This document shows positions 29,120-37,742 of a DNA stretch of 64,000 bases, one piece after another. Position numbers and translations under genes: made by a program. The stretch spans positions 1,229-65,228 of the forward strand of contig JAZOLY010000005.1 of assembly GCA_045653445.1 (NCBI GenBank), given 5' to 3'. This DNA comes from Acutalibacteraceae bacterium. GTDB lineage: Bacteria; Bacillota; Clostridia; Oscillospirales; Acutalibacteraceae. The stretch's first letter is position 1; every line of letters begins with the position of its first letter. The notes beneath the pieces are model-generated. The model made no database searches and was not told where the DNA came from. It worked only from the letters and a program-made list of their open reading frames with translations.

Positions 29120-30085
29120 ATGGGTTACACAAAAGAAGCATATCAATACGCTTTAGCTCAGATTGAAGCCAGGCATCAAAATGCTATTGACAGAGCAAGT
29201 AATAATCTTATTGAGGCATATGCAAGACTTCCTGAACTTGAAGATATTGACCGAAAAATCTCTTTAAACGGAATTGCTGCAGTTAAAGCAGCCACTCAAC
29301 TTAAAGGCGCTCAAGCCGTGAATGAATATCATCAAGAGCATTTACAACTTGAAGAAAAAAGGCGTTTAATATTAAAAAGCAATGGATATACTGAAGCAGA
29401 ATTCGAACCGCAGTTTACCTGTAAACTTTGTGGTGATAACGGATATGCAAACGGAAAATTATGCCAGTGTGCAGTTCAGTTGGCAAGAAACTTTGAGTTT
29501 GATAAAATGAGCAGTAAAATGCCAATCAAAGACTGCACCTTTGATACCTTTGATTTAAAATACTACAATGGCTCAGTACACGACCTTATGACAAGCGTAT
29601 TAAGCAGATGCAAAAAGTTTGCATCAAATTTTGAACTCGGCATATCAGGTATGATTTTCTTTGGAAAAACAGGCGTTGGAAAAACCCACCTTTCTCTTTC
29701 AATTGCCAACGAAGTGCTACAAAACGGATTTGGAGTTGTTTACGGCACAGCAAGTGAGTTTTTAGGCAAAATTGAAAAAGAGCATTTTGGCAAAATTGAA
29801 GGCGACACTCTGCAACTGCTTTGTGAGTGCGATTTACTCATAATTGACGATTTAGGTGCTGAATTTCAAACCCAATTTACAGCAAGTGCAATACACGAAC
29901 TAATCAATCGTCGTATTATGGAAGGCAAACCGTCTATCATTTCCACCAATCTTTCCCCTGCTGAACTGGCACAAACCTACGGTGACAGAGTATCCTCAAG
30001 AATTATCGGCAATTTTGAGCCTCTTAAATTTGAAGGTAACGACATAAGACAAATCAAAATGGTTGAAAAAATGACCGCACGGTAA
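29120..30085 (+). CDS. DnaC/DnaI-like helicase loader AAA+ ATPase
   Basis: RBS AAAGGAG. Zn-finger-like CKLCGDNGY..LCQC, Walker A GKTGVGKTHL and Walker B LLIIDDLG. Start chosen at MGYTKEAY. Confidence 0.85.
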   Translation: MGYTKEAYQYALAQIEARHQNAIDRASNNLIEAYARLPELEDIDRKISLNGIAAVKAATQLKGAQAVNEYHQEHLQLEEKRRLILKSNGYTEAEFEPQFTCKLCGDNGYANGKLCQCAVQLARNFEFDKMSSKMPIKDCTFDTFDLKYYNGSVHDLMTSVLSRCKKFASNFELGISGMIFFGKTGVGKTHLSLSIANEVLQNGFGVVYGTASEFLGKIEKEHFGKIEGDTLQLLCECDLLIIDDLGAEFQTQFTASAIHELINRRIMEGKPSIISTNLSPAELAQTYGDRVSSRIIGNFEPLKFEGNDIRQIKMVEKMTAR

Positions 30086-30124
30086 TCTTGACAATACACA
30101 TATTCTGGTGTTATCATACATATT

Positions 30125-30453
30125 GCGAGTGAGACAGACAGTTGCGGGGTATTATTACCGTGAGGAAAGTCCGAGCACCACAGGGCGGGATAACGGCTAA
30201 CAGCCGCCGAGGGTGACCTTAGGGAAAGTGCAACAGAGATATACCGCCGATTTTTCGGCAAGGGTGGAAAGGCGAGGTAAGAGCTCACCGGCGCGTTGGA
30301 GACAACACGGCCATGTAAACCCTATCCGGTGCAACACCGACTAAAGCAATACATTTGCCCGATGTGCTTTGAAAGGTGGCTTGAACGACAGAGCAATCTG
30401 CCGTCTAGATAGATAACTGTCCACGACAGAACTCGGCTTATCGTCTCAGTCGT
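30125..30453 (+). ncRNA. rnpB: RNase P RNA, bacterial type A
   Basis: Universal elements GAGGAAAGUCCGAGC, AGGGUGGAAAGG..GGUAAGAGCUCACC and ACAGAACUCGGCUUAUCG are present. The 5'/3' ends can pair as P1. End coordinates are accurate to about 5 nt. Confidence 0.93.
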
Positions 30454-30459
30454 ATATAT

Positions 30460-30493
30460 AAAAAAACGAACTGCGATGCAGTTCGTTTTTTTT
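30460..30493. terminator. bidirectional terminator (rnpB / DUF896 gene)
   Basis: ACGAACTGC / GCAGTTCGT stem flanked by A7 and T8 runs. Confidence 0.85.
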
Positions 30494-30500
30494 ATTACAT

Positions 30501-30707
30501 TTACTTTCTTTTTTGTTCAATTTTTTCTTTAGTTCCGTCAGGACGTAAAATATATGTGTTTTCTAACTGACCAATAAGGGATGCTTTAAAAGAGTCTATA
30601 TATTCTCTGCGAAGCTTATCTCTTTCAACAGTTTCTTCTGCAGTTAAGCCCTCACTTTTTGCTTTGCGGGCTAATTCGTTTATACGATCAATCTTTTTCT
30701 GTTCCAA
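30501..30707 (-). CDS. DUF896 (UPF0291, YnzC-like) family protein
   Basis: 68 aa. KIDRINELARKAKSEGLTAEE..E...LRREYI is the characteristic DUF896 sequence. Confidence 0.8.
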   Translation of the reverse strand: MEQKKIDRINELARKAKSEGLTAEETVERDKLRREYIDSFKASLIGQLENTYILRPDGTKEKIEQKRK

Positions 30708-30773
30708 AATATCACCTCAAACTCAATATAATTAAATTATAATACATAACGCCGTTTATGTAAAGGAGATTTT

Positions 30774-31214
30774 ATGAAAATATTCATAGATGCAGACGGC
30801 TGTCCCGTTGTCAATATTACGGTCAGCGTTTCTAAGAAACACAATATAGACTGTGTAATTGTATGCGATACTTCACATATTTTTGATATTTCCGAAACAC
30901 AAACCATAGTTGTTGACAAAGGAGCCGACAGTGTAGATTTCAAGCTTGTAAATATGCTTAATTCAGGCGATATTGCAATAACACAGGACTACGGATTAGC
31001 AGCTATGTGCCTTTCCAAGCAGGCATACGTATTAAATCAAAATGGACTTGAATACACAAACGACAATATTTCCGCATTGTTAGAAACAAGAGCAATTGCC
31101 AAAAAAATAAGAAATGCAGGCGGTCGGTTAAAAGGTCCGAAAAAGCGCACCAAAGAACAGGATGAGCTTTTTGAAACAAATTTAATTAAAATCATTGAAA
31201 AAGCCACCAAGTAA
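30774..31214 (+). CDS. YaiI/YqxD family protein (DUF188, UPF0178)
   Basis: Begins MKIFIDADGCPV, with a DSVDFKLVN motif. 146 aa. RBS AAAGGAG. Confidence 0.8.
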   Translation: MKIFIDADGCPVVNITVSVSKKHNIDCVIVCDTSHIFDISETQTIVVDKGADSVDFKLVNMLNSGDIAITQDYGLAAMCLSKQAYVLNQNGLEYTNDNISALLETRAIAKKIRNAGGRLKGPKKRTKEQDELFETNLIKIIEKATK

Positions 31215-31233
31215 AAAACTTGATGGCTTTGTT

Positions 31234-33999
31234 TTATGCAGCATTATCACCCGGGACCGGTAATACAGGTGTAGGTGTAGGTTCAGGAGTAGGCAGTGGT
31301 GCCGTGCTCTCTGGTGCTACTGGTGGTGGAGCTTCTTCTGAAGATTCGGGCTTGTGTCCTTCACATACAGGAGAGAATCCGCTCTTATAATATCCACCGG
31401 CAGTTTGAGTGCAGGTATCGGTTGCAAGACCACCGGTCTCCAAGCAATAGTTTACATACTTAACGGTACTGCAGCTTGGGAAGTTTTTCTTTTTAAGCCC
31501 CTCGTGAATAGCCTTCATTGCAGGCTTCCACAAAAGCATAGCGGGGTTAGAACCTGTTGAAAGTTTGTTCATAGCCTGAGGCTTATCACAACCAAACCAT
31601 ACAGATGCAACGTAATACGGAGTACCGCCGACAAACCAACGGTCTTTATTATCCGTTGTGGTACCGGTTTTTGCAAAGGTATATGGACCCCAGCCGTCAA
31701 ATCCGGCAGCACCGCCTGTACCGCCTGTACCGGTAACAACAGTATTCAGCATTTTATTCATAATATAAGCCGTATCTTCACTAATTGCACGCTTACCTTC
31801 TGTCTTATGCTCTAAATAGACCTCTTTACCGTCGTTGCTTGTAACCTTAGTATAGAATGTTGGCTCGTAATAGACACCACCGTTACCGAATATAGCATAA
31901 GCGGCAGTCCATTCAAGAGTGTTAACACCATAGGTAACACCGCCAAGTGCCAACTGTGACAAACCAATATCGGAATATTTCTTGCCATTCTTGGTTTCCG
32001 ACTCAACAAGAGTCGTAATACCAACCTTTTCAGTCAAAAACTTGAACGACTTTGTACATCCGTAGCTATTAAGAATTCTAACAGGTGGAATGTTTAAAGA
32101 ACGAGCAAGCGCATTTTGAACAACAACAGGGTCACTCGTAGTGCGGTCATAGTTATGATAATTATACCCGCCGATTGACAACTTGCTGTTTTCAATTTTG
32201 CTTGACCAGGTAATAAGATTTGCTTCCAAAGCGGGAGCATAAACACCCAAGGGTTTCATAGTTGAACCAGGTTGTCTGTTAGATTGAGTGGCACGGTTAA
32301 GCCCACGCTTATCGGTCTTAACTCCCCTGCCGCCATAAATAGCCACAACGTTGCCGCTATAATCCATAACGGTTATTGCTGCTTGTGCGGTATCCTTAAG
32401 ATTAAGAATGGTTGCAAAGTTTTTCTCATCACAGAATACGGCATCGACCTTACTTTGAACGTTAGAATCCATAGTTGCATAAATCTTTAATCCGCCACGA
32501 TAGATAACGTTTTCTGCACCTTCACGGGAATAACCCTTTGTTTCCATCAAATCTTCAATTACCTGTTCAAATAGCGCATCGGTAAAATATGAGTATGCAT
32601 CATTAGGATTCTTATTTGCATTCTCATCCTTTTCAGCAACGTTCTTTGTAAAGACGAGTTTTTCCTTAAGTGCGGCATCACGCTCTTCCTTAGTAATTAG
32701 CTTAATGTCGTACATATTGTTAATAATCCATTCTCGTCTTGACTTGTTTCTGTCAGGCTTTTTAATAGGATCATAGGTGTCGGGGGCTTTGGTAATGGCA
32801 GCAATACACGCCGATTCGGCTATTGTCAAATCTTTTGCGTGCTTTCCGAAATAATAATCTGCTGCAGCCTCTATTCCGTATGCGTTGTTACCCAAATATA
32901 TAACGTTAAGATAACATTCAATAATGGTATCTTTATGATATTCAATTTCAAGGTTTCTTGCACGCATAATCTCACGGATTTTACGTATTGGAGACTGCTC
33001 GTCATCACCTGTAAGATTTTTAATCAACTGTTGTGTGATTGTTGAACCGCCTTGACGTGAATCGTAAATCTCAACAAACATATTCACAAATGACAGGAAG
33101 GTTCTCTTAAAATCAACACCGCTGTGAGTATAAAATCTCTCATCTTCAGCAGCAACGTAAGCATCAATTGCATTTTGGCTGATATTATTAAGATTTACCC
33201 ACGTTCTGTTCTCATAGCAAAGGTCTTGATATTCAATCCACTTTTCTGTATCGCCGATTATGTTACCGCTTTTATCCTTTTCAGGCACAAAATTCTGATC
33301 TTTTACATAAATGGTTGTGGTAAGGTTAAGGGTTAATTCATCCAGACGAATGTCTTCAATAGAATCATCAACAAAACCGAAAACATAGACCATAAATGCA
33401 ACGGTTACTATACATCCAACGATAATTGCAACAAAGAATGCTGAAAGAGCCACCTTCCCCACTGCTCGCAATATACGTTGAGAGGTTGTGAGGGGCTTGG
33501 CATCTTTTGCCTTCTTCACCTGTTTTTTAGGCTTTGACTCCAACTGTTCAATAAGATCACTGTTATGTGGAGTGGAGCTTGAGATGTTTTCCATCTCATC
33601 ACTATTATCGCTGTAAATATCAGTATAGTTTTGATTGTGTGAACCTGAGAAAATGTCTACAGGATCTTCACTGCTTACTTCTTCAACAGATATTTCTTTT
33701 CCGGAATATATATCTTTTGAAACAGTTTCATTGTTATTATCAACTGCTTCAACATCGGAGTTATCATCTCTATGCAATTCAGGAAAATAGTCATAAGACG
33801 CAGCCCGACGGATTGCGTCACTTGTTGGCTCATTACCTGTTGGTGAATGATATGAAGTACGATCAACACCTGAAGTGCGGTCTACACCTGAAGTGCGGTC
33901 TACACCTGATGTACGGTCAACACTTGAAGTACGGTCAACACTTGAAGTACGGTCTACACCCGATGCTATATCTCGTTTTTTATTAAAAAAGTCACTCAT
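31234..33999 (-). CDS. class A penicillin-binding protein (PBP1A-type transglycosylase/transpeptidase)
   Basis: GT51 motifs EDERFYTHSGVD, GGSTITQQLIKN and RKIREI. Transpeptidase motifs STMKP and KTGTT. One TM helix. Repeat-containing N-terminal tail and a Pro-rich C-terminus. Confidence 0.92.
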   Translation of the reverse strand: MSDFFNKKRDIASGVDRTSSVDRTSSVDRTSGVDRTSGVDRTSGVDRTSYHSPTGNEPTSDAIRRAASYDYFPELHRDDNSDVEAVDNNNETVSKDIYSGKEISVEEVSSEDPVDIFSGSHNQNYTDIYSDNSDEMENISSSTPHNSDLIEQLESKPKKQVKKAKDAKPLTTSQRILRAVGKVALSAFFVAIIVGCIVTVAFMVYVFGFVDDSIEDIRLDELTLNLTTTIYVKDQNFVPEKDKSGNIIGDTEKWIEYQDLCYENRTWVNLNNISQNAIDAYVAAEDERFYTHSGVDFKRTFLSFVNMFVEIYDSRQGGSTITQQLIKNLTGDDEQSPIRKIREIMRARNLEIEYHKDTIIECYLNVIYLGNNAYGIEAAADYYFGKHAKDLTIAESACIAAITKAPDTYDPIKKPDRNKSRREWIINNMYDIKLITKEERDAALKEKLVFTKNVAEKDENANKNPNDAYSYFTDALFEQVIEDLMETKGYSREGAENVIYRGGLKIYATMDSNVQSKVDAVFCDEKNFATILNLKDTAQAAITVMDYSGNVVAIYGGRGVKTDKRGLNRATQSNRQPGSTMKPLGVYAPALEANLITWSSKIENSKLSIGGYNYHNYDRTTSDPVVVQNALARSLNIPPVRILNSYGCTKSFKFLTEKVGITTLVESETKNGKKYSDIGLSQLALGGVTYGVNTLEWTAAYAIFGNGGVYYEPTFYTKVTSNDGKEVYLEHKTEGKRAISEDTAYIMNKMLNTVVTGTGGTGGAAGFDGWGPYTFAKTGTTTDNKDRWFVGGTPYYVASVWFGCDKPQAMNKLSTGSNPAMLLWKPAMKAIHEGLKKKNFPSCSTVKYVNYCLETGGLATDTCTQTAGGYYKSGFSPVCEGHKPESSEEAPPPVAPESTAPLPTPEPTPTPVLPVPGDNAA
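33850..33957 (-). repeat. 18-bp tandem repeat (6 copies) encoding (VDRTS[S/G/Y])6 in the PBP1A cytoplasmic tail
   Basis: Directly visible. The protein reads VDRTSS VDRTSS VDRTSG VDRTSG VDRTSG VDRTSY. The DNA copies differ at a few mostly synonymous positions. Confidence 0.9.
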
Positions 34000-34105
34000 C
34001 GGATAGTCGCCTCCTTAACTAATACTAATAACAACAAATAGGATATATCAAAACGCTAAAAAAATCCAGTTACATTATTTTAACCTTTTTAAACAATCGT
34101 TAAGA

Positions 34106-34741
34106 TTAGCCTCTGATTTCTTTAACCAATTTAACGGCATCTGCACAACGGCGGGTAATTTCATCCCAATTATGCTCTGCAATAAGCTTACGCTCAGCTA
34201 TAAAGCTTGCACCGCAGGCATAAATACTTTTAACCTTAAGATATTCGTCAATATTATCAAGAGAAATGCCACCGGTAGGCATAAACATAACATCCTGATA
34301 AGGTGCGCAAAGAGCTTTAATAGTTTTAGCACCGCCAAAGGCTTCTGCAGGGAAAAACTTAAGCCAAGTAAGACCTAATGATAATGCCTGGTCAATCTCG
34401 GTTGGTGTAACAACGCCGGGCAAATAAGGAACGTTGTGCTTAGCACAAACCTCTGCAACAGTGGGATTAAGACCAGGGCTTACAATAAAGGATGAACCTG
34501 CAGCAATAGCATCTTCAGCAGCTGATGCAGTCAAAACTGTACCTGCGCCAACAATCATCTCGGGATGTGCTTTGCTCATAGCGGCAATTGCATCTTTACC
34601 GGCAGCAGTACGCATAGTAATTTCAGCGGCATACACTCCGCCTGCAAGCAATGCATCTGCCAAAGGGCATGCATCGGCAGCATCATCAATAACGATAACA
34701 GGCATAATACCTAATTCTTTAATTTTTTCACAAGTAGTCAT
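34106..34741 (-). CDS. eda: 2-dehydro-3-deoxyphosphogluconate / 4-hydroxy-2-oxoglutarate aldolase
   Basis: GGVYAAEITMRT, GAGTVL and FKFFPAEAFGG motifs with the KDPG-aldolase Schiff-base Lys context. 211 aa. Confidence 0.88.
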   Translation of the reverse strand: MTTCEKIKELGIMPVIVIDDAADACPLADALLAGGVYAAEITMRTAAGKDAIAAMSKAHPEMIVGAGTVLTASAAEDAIAAGSSFIVSPGLNPTVAEVCAKHNVPYLPGVVTPTEIDQALSLGLTWLKFFPAEAFGGAKTIKALCAPYQDVMFMPTGGISLDNIDEYLKVKSIYACGASFIAERKLIAEHNWDEITRRCADAVKLVKEIRG

Positions 34742-34945
34742 AATTAAAAATCTCCTTAATCTAATATTGATTTTTCGCTAAATATATAATAACATATAAT
34801 TATGAGATTTTCCACTTTAAAGTTAATTTTTTAATGAATTTTTTTATAAATTTATAATAATTTACGGATAGTTCACAATTTTAACACTATAATATTTAAA
34901 TATGTGGTAATATAAAATAAACCTGTTTATGAAAGGAGATTTCAT

Positions 34946-36310
34946 ATGGATATATTTGAAAATGAAAACGTTTCAACACCTGAAGAAGATATTGATGATG
35001 TTGTTGAACAAAAAGAACAGTCAATAGAGTGTGCTGAAGTTACAAACGAGGCAGCAACCGAAGCATCGGCCGATCAGGAAACGGCAAGTTTTGAAATTCC
35101 ACAGCAAACCGAGCAAGCTTATTCAAGTTACACCTATCAAAATTACAGCAACGCTCAGCCACAGCCTGTGATAAATCCGCAAATGCCTGCTAAAAAGCCT
35201 AAGAAGGAAGGTTCCTTTTCTCTTACAACTCTTATAGCAAGCGTTGTTATTTGCGCTATTATATCGTCTGTTTTGTCTGTCGGAACAACAATTATTGCTC
35301 TTAATTCAGTCGATATAGATGCAGGCAATAACGGTGGCGCCAACACCAACACAACTATTACAAATACTACTGAAAATTTTGTGGAAGCAGTTGCCGAAAA
35401 GGTTCAGCCAAGTGTAGTAGGCATATCTATCACATACAATTCTTACAGCTTTTTTGGTGAACAAAGTTCTACCGACAGCTCAGGTTCAGGTGTAATATAT
35501 ACTGCCGATGGATATATTATTACCAATAAGCACGTTATTGATTACGCCATCACCAGAAACGGAAAGATAAGCGTTTATCTTAACGATGATATTGAAAAAA
35601 GCTATGAGGCATCAGTTGTCGGCTACGATTCTTCCACCGATCTGGCAGTAATTAAAATCAACAAAACCAATTTGCCTGCTATCGAAATCGGCAAATCGTC
35701 CGATTTAAAGGTTGGTCAGAATGCAGTTGCCGTAGGCAGTCCGGGCGGATTGGAGTTTATCGGTTCGGTAAGCGTTGGATATATCAGCGGTCTTAACAGA
35801 GAACTTACCATTGATTCCGTTAAAATGACACTTATTCAAACCGACACCGCTATCAATCCCGGCAACTCCGGTGGCGCTCTTGTTGATAACGAAGGCAAAC
35901 TTATCGGTATTACAAACGCCAAGCTTGTAAGCGAGGATTTTGAGGGAATGGGATTTGCTATTCCCGTTGACAAGGTTACAGAAATTTGCGATAAAATAAT
36001 TGCGGGTACCGATGTTTCTCAGCCATATATCGGCGTTAACATCAGCAACTCGTACACTCCTGAAATTCTTGAAGGTCAGGGCTTGCCTGCAGGTGCTGTT
36101 GTAGCCTCTGTCGTTCCTAACAGTCCTGCCCACAATGCAGGAATCAAAGCCTTTGACATTATAGTTTCTATTGATAACGTTGATACAAAGGATTATGACA
36201 AACTCGTTTCTGTTATCAGAAGCCACAAGGTTGGCGATAAAATGAAGGTCAAGGTTTACAGAGACGGCAGATTTATTGATATAACAGTTGTCGTCGGAAC
36301 ATCTAACTGA
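34946..36310 (+). CDS. HtrA/DegP-like trypsin-family serine protease with TM anchor and PDZ domain
   Basis: The catalytic triad contexts are TNKHV, DLAVIK and GNSGGALV. A C-terminal PDZ domain follows. The N-terminus is acidic/low-complexity and is followed by a TM helix. Confidence 0.9.
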   Translation: MDIFENENVSTPEEDIDDVVEQKEQSIECAEVTNEAATEASADQETASFEIPQQTEQAYSSYTYQNYSNAQPQPVINPQMPAKKPKKEGSFSLTTLIASVVICAIISSVLSVGTTIIALNSVDIDAGNNGGANTNTTITNTTENFVEAVAEKVQPSVVGISITYNSYSFFGEQSSTDSSGSGVIYTADGYIITNKHVIDYAITRNGKISVYLNDDIEKSYEASVVGYDSSTDLAVIKINKTNLPAIEIGKSSDLKVGQNAVAVGSPGGLEFIGSVSVGYISGLNRELTIDSVKMTLIQTDTAINPGNSGGALVDNEGKLIGITNAKLVSEDFEGMGFAIPVDKVTEICDKIIAGTDVSQPYIGVNISNSYTPEILEGQGLPAGAVVASVVPNSPAHNAGIKAFDIIVSIDNVDTKDYDKLVSVIRSHKVGDKMKVKVYRDGRFIDITVVVGTSN

Positions 36311-36311
36311 C

Positions 36312-36341
36312 AAAAGGAAGGGGGGGCTCCCCTTCCTTTTT
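36312..36341 (+). terminator. htrA terminator
   Basis: GGAAGGGG / CCCCTTCC hairpin plus a T-run. Confidence 0.85.
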
Positions 36342-36390
36342 ATATAGACTTTTTATTTAAACAGTGCTATGATATATTTGAGGTGATAAT

Positions 36391-36789
36391 ATGAATATTA
36401 TTCTTTGTGTAGATGATAATAACGGAATGATGTTTAACAATCGCAGACAAAGTCAAGACAGTGGTTTAAGGCAAAAAATTGCTGAGATATGCAACGGCGC
36501 TCCTATATATATGAATTCTTATTCCGCAAAACAGTTTCAAAACGAATGCAACATAATAGTAAGTGATGACTTTTTATCATTAGCAAAAAGCGACGATTTT
36601 TGCTTTGTTGAAAATTCAGTTATAAGTGACGATATTATCAACAAGCTTTATCTATTCAAATGGAACAGAAAGTACCCTGCTGATTTTTACTTTGAAATCA
36701 GCCCTAAGCAAATCGGTTTGAAACTCTCTTTAAAAGAAGAATTTCAAGGCTCATCCCACGAAAAAATAACGCTTGAGGTTTATGAGTAA
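36391..36789 (+). CDS. hypothetical protein, distantly DHFR-fold-like
   Basis: 132 aa. The N-terminus IILCVDDNNGMMFNNRRQSQD...PIYMNSYSAKQF loosely follows the DHFR/RibD_C pattern, but the canonical substrate/NADPH motifs are not evident. RBS GAGGTGA. Confidence 0.35.
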   Translation: MNIILCVDDNNGMMFNNRRQSQDSGLRQKIAEICNGAPIYMNSYSAKQFQNECNIIVSDDFLSLAKSDDFCFVENSVISDDIINKLYLFKWNRKYPADFYFEISPKQIGLKLSLKEEFQGSSHEKITLEVYE

Positions 36790-36791
36790 AG

Positions 36792-37703
36792 ATGTTAAAC
36801 AAAACCTTTAAAGCTATAGTGGTACTGATAACCACGGTATTATTGGCAATAAATCTAACCGGATGCAACTCTTTCTTGGAAAAACTGCGTGAATCTATCA
36901 GTCACTACGAGCCTGATATACTCACAGATGTGTTCAACGATACACCTGTGTTTACAGATTACCCTTATGTTGTTGTAAATGAAAACAAGCCGATATTCAC
37001 AGATAAAGAGCTGTCTTCAGTATGTACTGAAAAATACAGCAAATTAGACTCACTTGGCAGATGTGGTGTTGCTTTCGCCATTATCGGAAAGGATTCTATG
37101 CCCACAGATGAAAGGCAAGATATTAGTAACATCAGACCATCAGGTTGGCATACTACAAAATACAACATAATCAGCGGTCAGTACCTTTATAATCGTTGTC
37201 ATCTTATTGCCTACCAGCTAACAGGTGAAAATGCAAATTCTAAAAATCTTATAACCGGCACGCGATATTTAAACGAGCAAGGTATGCTTCCATTTGAAAA
37301 TTCGGTTGCAGATTATATTAAAGAAACCGGAAACCACGTTGCATACCGCGTATCACCGGTTTTTAAGGATAACAATCTATTGGCTCACGGTGTTCAAATA
37401 GAGGCACTTTCTGTCGAGGACAATGGAGGCGGTATCTGTTTTAACGTTTACTGTTTTAACGCACAGCCTGAAATATTTATAGATTATAAAACCGGTGAGA
37501 GCAGATTAGCGTCAGACACCGAAAATATAATAAAATATGACAAAGAGCCCGACTATATTCTTGACTCTAAAAACAAAGAATACCATGTTCCATCATGTAA
37601 GTGCATTTCTGATATAGAAACCGAATACAAGCTTAGCTACATAGGTGATAAAGAAAAACTGCAAAAGCGTAAATATTCGTCTTGCAAAAAATGCAGACCA
37701 TAA
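36792..37703 (+). CDS. lipoprotein DNA/RNA non-specific endonuclease (EndA/Spd-like, Endonuclease_NS_2) with C-terminal Cys-rich Ada-like Zn motif
   Basis: Lipobox LTGC. The nuclease core is DSLGRCGVA...RPSGWH...YNRCHLIAYQLTGENANSKNLITGTRYLN. The C-terminus reads YHVPSCKC...SSCKKCRP. Confidence 0.75.
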   Translation: MLNKTFKAIVVLITTVLLAINLTGCNSFLEKLRESISHYEPDILTDVFNDTPVFTDYPYVVVNENKPIFTDKELSSVCTEKYSKLDSLGRCGVAFAIIGKDSMPTDERQDISNIRPSGWHTTKYNIISGQYLYNRCHLIAYQLTGENANSKNLITGTRYLNEQGMLPFENSVADYIKETGNHVAYRVSPVFKDNNLLAHGVQIEALSVEDNGGGICFNVYCFNAQPEIFIDYKTGESRLASDTENIIKYDKEPDYILDSKNKEYHVPSCKCISDIETEYKLSYIGDKEKLQKRKYSSCKKCRP

Positions 37704-37704
37704 C

Positions 37705-37733
37705 AAAAGCCCGATATAAACATCGGGCTTTTG
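37705..37733. terminator. bidirectional terminator
   Basis: AGCCCGAT / ATCGGGCT hairpin with flanking A and T runs. Confidence 0.85.
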
Positions 37734-37742
37734 TCGTTCTTA

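Noticed and set aside
29977-30288. 103-aa minus-strand ORF.
   Set aside because: It overlaps the 3' end of the DnaC-like gene and the 5' half of rnpB, so the region is explained by the RNase P RNA.
35705-36313. 202-aa minus-strand ORF opposite htrA.
   Set aside because: It is antisense to a protease gene with an intact catalytic triad and PDZ domain. It has no start context, so it is a shadow ORF.
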